64,000 nucleotides of DNA from Thermotogota bacterium (GTDB lineage: Bacteria > Thermotogota > Thermotogae > Thermotogales > DSM-5069). The translations under genes were made by a program, and so were the position numbers. This document shows, one piece after another, positions 39,501 through 46,509 of the stretch (the stretch's first letter is position 1; every line of letters begins with the position of its first letter). Below the pieces are notes generated by a model, which saw only the letters and a program-made list of their open reading frames with translations, made no database searches and had not been told where the DNA came from. The stretch lies in contig JAKPGA010000020.1 of assembly GCA_029551145.1 (NCBI GenBank), positions 466 to 64,465 of the forward strand. Direction: 5' to 3'.

Positions 39501-39529
39501 TTGACATGTAACAACTTCTGGGTTAATAT
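39501..39529 (+). promoter_or_regulatory. Orphan sigma70 promoter pointing away from nfnA, with no plus-strand CDS downstream
   Basis: TTGACA, 17-bp spacer, TAATAT. Confidence 0.65.
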
Positions 39530-39536
39530 CTTTATT

Positions 39537-39611
39537 GGACAGCGACCCCCCTATCCCCCCTTGGATGGAACCAAGCTGCCTGAGGAGCCTGTTGTTCAGG
39601 CTCCTCATTTT
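39537..39611 (+). ncRNA. Putative C-rich small regulatory RNA (~75 nt)
   Basis: Lies between a promoter and a plus-oriented terminator; contains CCCCCC-TAT-CCCCCC, a CTTGG/CCAAG hairpin and a GGACAG/CTGCC closing stem. Confidence 0.6.
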
Positions 39612-39616
39612 ATTTT
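39581..39616 (+). terminator. Strong Rho-independent terminator, plus-oriented
   Basis: TGAGGAGCCTG-ttgtt-CAGGCTCCTCA (11 bp) then TTTTATTTT; no U-tract in the minus direction. Confidence 0.85.
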
Positions 39617-39676
39617 ATGTTATTCATGGAATTTCGAACCTGTGATCTTTGAGCAAAAGAAGTCGATCCTGATCCT

Positions 39677-40033
39677 TCAAAACAACCAGGGGAAGAAAAG
39701 TGAATGAAGAAAAGAACAATTACGAGCAAGTCGGTGTACCTGTGAAAAATCAACCACCTGTTTTTCAGTATTTTCCTAAGAAGATAGTACATAAAGAGCA
39801 AGACAACACCGAGCCACAGAACAAGCCCGGTGTGTAAAGTTATAGAACCAAGCGCGAGATAACCGTATGCCAGTCACCACCAAGCCAATACCAGTGAATC
39901 TGTGAGTCTTTGACATGCATCTAAGAAAGCTTCGCGCAGGCTTTACATTCTTCAATAACCTGCGTAGTGGCAATAACGAGAAATTGTAGAATATGAGAAC
40001 CACGCTGATCCATGCGAACACCTTGTACGTCAT
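39677..40033 (-). pseudogene. His-rich 4-TM cytochrome-b-like membrane protein, interrupted by frameshift(s)
   Basis: Frame 1 reads ..HRFTGIGLVVTGI; a frame switch at ~39865 gives GYLALGSITLHTGLVLW..FHRY..FIHF. A second probable slip in A4 (39696-39699) would restore FFPWLF*. Confidence 0.7.
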
Positions 40034-40998
40034 AAGATTCCAAATCCAACCTTAGCAAATTCTTTGAGAACACTTGCGTCACTGTGTTCATGGGAGCAAC
40101 TCTCTTGCAGTTCACATTCAAATTGAGATGTATAATCTCTGCCCGCTAAGGCTTCTGGATTGACTCCAAACTTTTCCTGCCAATTTGTACCCGTGACATC
40201 GTAAACAACATTGCCTACCTGGACAAAAGATTTGTACGCACTGATGTTCTTACTCGCCACAGGTACCGATTTGCCATCGAAGTTGCCAAGGTTTTTCTCA
40301 TCAAAGACCAAGAGTCCTATCGGATAGATTCTTGACAGCATAGCTTCATGCCCTGGTTGCTGTTTTATTTCAAAAGTCAACTCATTTCCAGCGGGATAGC
40401 CAAAATGTAGACCATTCTTGATTGTTTTAGATTGAGTCATATCGTAGACGACACCGAAGGCCGCTACATAAGCCTTGTTTTTGTTCAGCCCACTGTAACG
40501 AGAAAGTTGTTCGGGGCTGAAAACAAGAACTGCGAAAGGTACAACCCTTTCAAGTAACTTTGAACCATGGGGAGACAGTTTCAAGATATCGTAAGTCAGT
40601 TCTTCACCTGCATTATGCCTGTTTTGATGGTTACCAGTTCGCCAGCGTGTGGAATTGGAGACATCGTAAACAACACCGTTGACCGCAACCATGGCGGGGT
40701 TTTTCTTTCCATCGTATGAACGCAGTTCGTCGATAGTCATTGCGAGCAAGCCAACAAAATTGCCATCAGAGAGCAGTTCTGGTTTGATCTCGGATTTTGA
40801 CAAGAACTTTTTATTTGCGCTGATCTTGTAGACATTGCCCTCGACTGAAACATATTCATCAGTTTGGAGAAATCTTTGAAGACTCACCAAGGGAATATCG
40901 CCGGTGAACTTTGTAACGTCAAAGGTGCGAAGATCAATCTGAGCAAAGTTCAAGGTGGACAACAAAATCAACATGAATACCACTGACACCTTCATCAC
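40030..40998 (-). CDS. Secreted protein with four tandem cytochrome b5-like heme/steroid-binding repeats
   Basis: Signal peptide; repeated (Y/M)VAVNGVVYDVS..W..G.H....AG.ELT......PH motif. Confidence 0.85.
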   Translation of the reverse strand: MMKVSVVFMLILLSTLNFAQIDLRTFDVTKFTGDIPLVSLQRFLQTDEYVSVEGNVYKISANKKFLSKSEIKPELLSDGNFVGLLAMTIDELRSYDGKKNPAMVAVNGVVYDVSNSTRWRTGNHQNRHNAGEELTYDILKLSPHGSKLLERVVPFAVLVFSPEQLSRYSGLNKNKAYVAAFGVVYDMTQSKTIKNGLHFGYPAGNELTFEIKQQPGHEAMLSRIYPIGLLVFDEKNLGNFDGKSVPVASKNISAYKSFVQVGNVVYDVTGTNWQEKFGVNPEALAGRDYTSQFECELQESCSHEHSDASVLKEFAKVGFGIL

Positions 40999-41129
40999 AT
41001 CACCTCGTTTATAATTATAACATGTACATTAACACTTGTGGTGTTTCCAATATTAAAACACAACGCAAAGGCAGCTTTCAAAAAGACCTGAGGCTGAAGG
41101 TGGCTAAGTGCAGAAATATGGTTAGCGAA

Positions 41130-41756
41130 TTACTTGGGTATGTACAGTGAAAAATCTGTTTCCAAATTGTTCACTCTGGTATCTTTCCATGTCACAACCT
41201 TTGTTGGATGCTGTTTTGTACCGACTCCGTAAATCAGGAAACACACCATGCCCGGTTTGCCAAGGACAACTGAGCAGTCTCTTGGTATCTGAACCGAATA
41301 CTGTGTTTGTATCGCAGGGGTCTTGAAATAGTAGAATTTGTACGGTGCCAAACCGGGCTTCAGTTCTCTCGAGAAATAGGTCGTCTCTCCCTTTTTAAAA
41401 GTCACCCAGACATTTTCTTGTCCCATCACAAAGATCCTCATATAGCCAGTCGTGGGGTCATCGTGGAGTTCTTCAATGATTCTTTCAAGATCGTTAGATG
41501 TGTTTGAAAGGAAATTCGCCGCAGAGATGTACTTGTCGATCATCGAGTTCGGACCCATGAAGGTCTCAAGTTTGGATATCCTTTCACTCAAAGCGGTTAT
41601 CTTTTTATTCAGATTCTCGACCAGTGCCTCCTGGTTTTTTCTCTGCTTCACATAATAGAAAAAGGAGAAAACAGACAAAGCAAGACCAGCAATGAGAGCA
41701 ACTATAAACAAAAAGACAAGAAAGCTCACAAGAAATTCGCTTCTTTTTCTTACCAC
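41130..41756 (-). CDS. Single-TM hypothetical protein with coiled coil and possible RodZ C-terminal (DUF4115-like) domain
   Basis: N-terminal TM, coiled coil, VWVTFKKGETTYFSRELKPG beta-rich motif; overlaps the rodA stop. Confidence 0.55.
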   Translation of the reverse strand: MVRKRSEFLVSFLVFLFIVALIAGLALSVFSFFYYVKQRKNQEALVENLNKKITALSERISKLETFMGPNSMIDKYISAANFLSNTSNDLERIIEELHDDPTTGYMRIFVMGQENVWVTFKKGETTYFSRELKPGLAPYKFYYFKTPAIQTQYSVQIPRDCSVVLGKPGMVCFLIYGVGTKQHPTKVVTWKDTRVNNLETDFSLYIPK

Positions 41757-42844
41757 AGTTGACCTCCTTCCATCTCCCTGCCGGCTTTACCCACGGCATA
41801 GGACTTCTCGACAAGTCCAAGCTGGATACAGAAAAACAGTGTTGAAGATCCACCATAACTTATGAACGGTAGAGGCACACCTGTTACCGGTGTCAAGCCC
41901 ATTGCCATACCCATGTTCACGAAGATCTGCAGTACAAAAACTGTCATGACACCGATATCTATCAGTTGCCAGAACTCGTTTTTCGCGAGCCTTATCGCAT
42001 TGGCTATTCTAAAGGTCAACATCGCATAGAGGATTACACAAAGACTAACACCCAAGAATCCAAATTCTTCACCAATAACGGACAGTATGAAATCTGTGTG
42101 GTTCTTCGGTACATAACCCCAGGTGGTTGAAAGACCCTTCAGATAACCCCTGCCAAGCAAACCACCTGAGCCGATTGTGTGAAGCGACTGAGTAACATTG
42201 TATGAACTGCTCTGCTTGTACATCGATGGCGAAAGAAAAGAGATGATCCTTTCTTTTTGATAGTCCTTGAGGCCAAAAAAGTAGAGCAAAGGTACAAACG
42301 CAACGAAAATAATCAGCACCGTGATGACAACCTTCAGTGGGATTTTCGAGCAGAAGGCCATGACAAGCCACAACACGGTGAGTAAGACTGCTGTACCAAG
42401 ATCTGGTTCAACAGCCACGAGCAAAACCATGGTACCCAATGCCATCAGAGAAAAAATCATGTGTTTCATTGAAGCCTTGATGAGTAAGACCGCACTGACA
42501 AGTATCACACACATCTTCGCGAGTTCCGATGGTTGAAAGTACCCTACTCTCAGATCAAACCATCGCCGAGCGCCGCCAGAGACTGTTCCAAAGAAAAGAA
42601 CGAGTGCAAGAGCAACAAGACAGATCACATACAGCACCCACGCAAGCCTTTGGAGATCTCTTTCTCTGAGAAGCATTGTTAGGAACAATGCCGCCATGCT
42701 CAATATGTCCCAAGTGATTTGCTTTTTCACAAAGGTAACTCCATAATCTTTGGTGGCACTGTATATTGCAAAGAGACCTATTATCATCAGAAGGGCAACT
42801 ATTATCGGGATGAAAAGGTCAATTCTTCTGTTTTCCCAGGGCAT
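41750..42844 (-). CDS. rodA: Rod shape-determining SEDS protein
   Basis: GARRWF, QPSELAK, EPDLGT, YQKERI, HTDFI, TGVPLPFISYGGSS. Confidence 0.9.
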   Translation of the reverse strand: MPWENRRIDLFIPIIVALLMIIGLFAIYSATKDYGVTFVKKQITWDILSMAALFLTMLLRERDLQRLAWVLYVICLVALALVLFFGTVSGGARRWFDLRVGYFQPSELAKMCVILVSAVLLIKASMKHMIFSLMALGTMVLLVAVEPDLGTAVLLTVLWLVMAFCSKIPLKVVITVLIIFVAFVPLLYFFGLKDYQKERIISFLSPSMYKQSSSYNVTQSLHTIGSGGLLGRGYLKGLSTTWGYVPKNHTDFILSVIGEEFGFLGVSLCVILYAMLTFRIANAIRLAKNEFWQLIDIGVMTVFVLQIFVNMGMAMGLTPVTGVPLPFISYGGSSTLFFCIQLGLVEKSYAVGKAGREMEGGQLW

Positions 42845-43721
42845 CTTCTACCCTCTCTCTCATTCTGCAGAAACTGCACTTTTCTGATGTTGTTGGATAA
42901 CCACAAACACTACACTCGTTCAGTTCCACGAGATCGGTTTTGAACAACTCCAGTCTTTGAAACTGCTTGTAGAATCTCAATTTCGTGCCAGGTTGATCAA
43001 CTTCAAGATCGTTCAGAACCCTTTTGTACTTCAAGGAACTGGCGTTTTTGGAAAAAGGGCATTTTTCACTATCGAATGGTATTTTATTCAACAGAGCATA
43101 TGTGTATATCTCCTTTTCCGTGAGCCAGACCAATGGTTTTGACTTTCCCACGAGTTTATGATGTGTCCTTGGCATGAAGGGTGCCTGCCTTCGCAGATAT
43201 CCCAAATTCCAACTCAAGAGATTGCCCAATAAAAAAGAAACCTCGTCATCAAGGTTATGACCGGTCGCCACGACATCGTAGTTATTCTCAAAGGCTGTTT
43301 TATTCATCAAATATCTTCTCACACTCCCGCAGATCGAACAAGTCGGCCTTCTAATTATTCGAGCAATCTCAGGTACAGTAAGTCCACCAAGATATTTCTT
43401 TGCATCCACCGATATGAGCCTGGAACCTATCTTGTCTGCAAACTGCGAGAGCAAGTCAAACAGAATATTACCCGTGCCAACGTCGATGATCAAACCGTCC
43501 GTTTTGTAACCAAGTTTGGTTAGAACATACCACAGAGTCATGCTGTCTTTGCCACCAGATACAGCCACAAGTATTTTGCTATCTTTTTTAAACATGGAGT
43601 ACTCATCTATTGTCTTTTCAACTCGTTTCTCAAAATAGTCAACAAAATGCTCACCGCAATACGCAGTGTTGTGCTGGCGAAGGTGTATCACCGCTGTGTT
43701 CGAGCATTTTTTGCATTTCAT
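42819..43721 (-). CDS. ttuA: tRNA 2-thiolation protein, TtuA/TtcA family
   Basis: N- and C-terminal Zn-finger CxxC pairs, AVSGGKDS PP-loop, CSICG, TGHNLDD. Confidence 0.88.
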   Translation of the reverse strand: MKCKKCSNTAVIHLRQHNTAYCGEHFVDYFEKRVEKTIDEYSMFKKDSKILVAVSGGKDSMTLWYVLTKLGYKTDGLIIDVGTGNILFDLLSQFADKIGSRLISVDAKKYLGGLTVPEIARIIRRPTCSICGSVRRYLMNKTAFENNYDVVATGHNLDDEVSFLLGNLLSWNLGYLRRQAPFMPRTHHKLVGKSKPLVWLTEKEIYTYALLNKIPFDSEKCPFSKNASSLKYKRVLNDLEVDQPGTKLRFYKQFQRLELFKTDLVELNECSVCGYPTTSEKCSFCRMRERVEDALGKQKN

Positions 43722-43794
43722 CAATCAACCTCCCAACAATCTCTCACAAAAGAATTTTATCATTATGTGGTTTAATTAATGTGGTGAGGAATTC

Positions 43795-44592
43795 ATGCTT
43801 ATCAACATTGTAGGGACCAGTAAGGTGAGTTTGGTTTTGAGCAAAATACTTGTTGAGAAAGGTTTCAAGATGGGCTATGTCGTTTCGAGATCAAGACAAA
43901 GGGCAACCGCATTTGTAAGAAAATTGAGTCAAGGGATCCCGATCACCTATGATGAAGATTTCCTTTTGAAAGATATTGTCTTTATCTCGGTACCCGATGG
44001 TGTGATAGATCTGGTCTACTCAAATATAAAGACAAGATTGAGTGATGATGTGAATATCTATCACTTCAGTGGGTTTTTGACGTCATATATCTTTGAAGAT
44101 GCCGACAGATTTGGTTGGGGAAGGGGCTCAATACATCCAAATCTTTCATTCGCCGATGAGAAAATCGCGCTCAAATCCATACATAGATGTTGCTTTGGTA
44201 TTGAAGGAAATGAAAAAGGACTTAGCCTTGCAAGAAATATAGTTCAACAAATATCTAACTGCTGGATCGAGATACCAGTGCAGGCAAAGATGGCCTATCA
44301 TTTGGCTGCCGTGCTGGCATCCAATTTCAGTGTTGGACTTGCCTATCTTGCCCAGAGGTTGTACGATCTGTATGGGTTAGATGGTTTTGAAAAAATCATA
44401 CCAACACTGATGTTGAACACTTCCAGGAATGTCTCCAAGCTTGGCGTTAAGGATTCCTTGACTGGACCAGTTGCACGCGGTGACTGGGTTGTTGTTGAAA
44501 AGGAGCAGGAACTTTTTGAAAAGTGTTTTGCAAAATATAAAGACCTCTACGCAAACATGGTCAGAGTTCTGAAAGAGATCAAAGGGAGGTAG
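43795..44592 (+). CDS. Rossmann-like DUF2520 protein (PanG-type ketopantoate reductase candidate)
   Basis: HFSG, SIHP, YHLAAVLASNF, LTGPVARGD; directly upstream of panB. Confidence 0.85.
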   Translation: MLINIVGTSKVSLVLSKILVEKGFKMGYVVSRSRQRATAFVRKLSQGIPITYDEDFLLKDIVFISVPDGVIDLVYSNIKTRLSDDVNIYHFSGFLTSYIFEDADRFGWGRGSIHPNLSFADEKIALKSIHRCCFGIEGNEKGLSLARNIVQQISNCWIEIPVQAKMAYHLAAVLASNFSVGLAYLAQRLYDLYGLDGFEKIIPTLMLNTSRNVSKLGVKDSLTGPVARGDWVVVEKEQELFEKCFAKYKDLYANMVRVLKEIKGR

Positions 44593-44596
44593 AAGG

Positions 44597-45394
44597 ATGA
44601 ACGTTCAGAAATTCATCTCTATGAAAGGGAAACAGCCGATTGTTATGATAACTGCTTATGATGCCCCCTTTGCAAACATAGTGCATCAAGCTGGCGTAGA
44701 TGCGATTTTGGTTGGTGATTCTGTTGCGAACAATGTCCTTGGTTATTCAGACACGCTGCCTGCAACAATGGAAGATATGATCCGCCACACTCAAGCTGTG
44801 AGAAGGGGCGCGCCAGATTCGTTCATTATAGCGGATATGCCTTTCTTGTCATATCAATGTTCTATGGATGAAGCAGTGAAGAATGCCGGGAGATTTCTGA
44901 AAGAAGCAGGTGCAAATGCGGTGAAACTCGAAGGGGGTTCTTTCTATGCCCCATTGGTCGAGAGGCTCGTGAAAGCCGGCATACCTGTGATGGGACATCT
45001 TGGACTAACTCCACAATCTGTGAATGTCTTCGGTGGATACAGAGTACAGGGTAAAGACGAGAAAACGGCAGAATATCTTCTTAAAGAGGCAAAAAGCCTT
45101 GAGAAAGCCGGAGTCTTTTCGATAGTTCTTGAGATGGTCGTTGAAGAAACGGCAAAGATGATCACCGAAAGTCTATCGATACCAACAATCGGTATTGGAT
45201 CAGGCAGGTATTGCGATGGGCAGGTGCTGGTACTTCATGATCTGCTCGGTCTGAACCCTGCTTTTCTTCCGAAGTTCGCGAAAAGGTATGCGAATCTTTA
45301 TCAAGAATCTCTTGAGGCTGTCCAGAAATACGCCTCCGATGTCAGAAACAGAGTTTTTCCATCTGAAGAAAACGTTTTCAAGGTTGGTGGATGA
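44597..45394 (+). CDS. panB: 3-methyl-2-oxobutanoate hydroxymethyltransferase
   Basis: ITAYD, LVGDS, ADMPF, VKLEGG, GHLGLTPQ, DGQVLV. Confidence 0.97.
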   Translation: MNVQKFISMKGKQPIVMITAYDAPFANIVHQAGVDAILVGDSVANNVLGYSDTLPATMEDMIRHTQAVRRGAPDSFIIADMPFLSYQCSMDEAVKNAGRFLKEAGANAVKLEGGSFYAPLVERLVKAGIPVMGHLGLTPQSVNVFGGYRVQGKDEKTAEYLLKEAKSLEKAGVFSIVLEMVVEETAKMITESLSIPTIGIGSGRYCDGQVLVLHDLLGLNPAFLPKFAKRYANLYQESLEAVQKYASDVRNRVFPSEENVFKVGG

Positions 45395-46509
45395 TCTTGA
45401 AGCTCCTTCACACATCTGATTGGCACCTTGGTCTGGAATCATGGGTGGGTTCCAAATCGGTCGACAGGTTGGAAGAAACCAAAATGGCTTTATTGGACCT
45501 TGTGCAGGTTGCTGAGCAGGAAAAGGTCGATTTGATTTTGGTAACAGGGGATGTTTTGCACAGCAGGGTATCGCCGAAGATCGACGCCCTGAGTTTGCTC
45601 AGTGATGTTCTTGGGCGATTTTCGAGCATTGCGCACACCTTTCTCGTGCTTGGCAACCACGACTGGCAAGGTCTAAAGGCATGGAAAAATCTACCCATCA
45701 AGAACTTGACAGTTGTCGATCACCCCGAACAAATAGATCTAAAAGATTTCAGACTCTTTTTCTTACCCTACACAGACCCACAGAGATTACTTGGAGCGAC
45801 AGAAGATCCCATGAGTGTAGTCGGGGATTACTTGAACAACTTTCTGGTGAAGGTGCGCAATCAAATAGACGAGAAAAAGATAAACATACTGTCTGGACAC
45901 CTTTTGATTGAAGGTTTGATTGAATCAGACAAAGAGATTGCTCTGGGTGTTCAGATCAAAAAATCTGTGATACCGACAGGATTGAATTACGTTGCCCTTG
46001 GACATATACACAACAACTCAATAGTTCAACAATCTCCAATAACGTGTTATGCGGGTTCTCCGATCGCACTCGATTTCGGCGAAGAACAAGATACCAAGGG
46101 TGCGTTCATAGTCGAATTTGAGAACAACAAAACCTACCTACATCGTGTTGATACAGCTCACAAGAAACTGAAAACTTTCAAAATGCGGGATTACTCAGAA
46201 GCCTCACTCGAGTTTTTGACAAAGCAACTGAGAGATTTCGATGGATACGCGAGGGTTATCTTTGAAGGTCCAGCTTCAAATGAGATCAGAAAGTATTTGA
46301 TGGAAAACTTTGAATGCGTCGTGAAGGTTGAGTTCAGAACAGACGGCAAGACAGTAGATGCTCCTTCGATGACTCGCCAGAAGATCGATGTAATCGATCT
46401 GTACCGAGCCTATGTCAGAGGAAGATTTGGTAAGCTGGAAGAGCCGATGGTGAATTTGGTGGAGAGACTTTTCAAGGAGGTAGATGAAGATCAGACCACT
46501 CAGTCTTGA
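45391..46509 (+). CDS. sbcD: SbcD/Mre11 nuclease
   Basis: HTSDWHLG, GD, GNHD, LGHIH, YAGSP. Confidence 0.93.
   Translation: MILKLLHTSDWHLGLESWVGSKSVDRLEETKMALLDLVQVAEQEKVDLILVTGDVLHSRVSPKIDALSLLSDVLGRFSSIAHTFLVLGNHDWQGLKAWKNLPIKNLTVVDHPEQIDLKDFRLFFLPYTDPQRLLGATEDPMSVVGDYLNNFLVKVRNQIDEKKINILSGHLLIEGLIESDKEIALGVQIKKSVIPTGLNYVALGHIHNNSIVQQSPITCYAGSPIALDFGEEQDTKGAFIVEFENNKTYLHRVDTAHKKLKTFKMRDYSEASLEFLTKQLRDFDGYARVIFEGPASNEIRKYLMENFECVVKVEFRTDGKTVDAPSMTRQKIDVIDLYRAYVRGRFGKLEEPMVNLVERLFKEVDEDQTTQS

Noticed and set aside
39546-39560. G-quadruplex reading of the minus-strand GGGGGG-ATA-GGGGGG
   Set aside because: Only two G runs; the flanking promoter and terminator are better explained by a plus-strand C-rich RNA.
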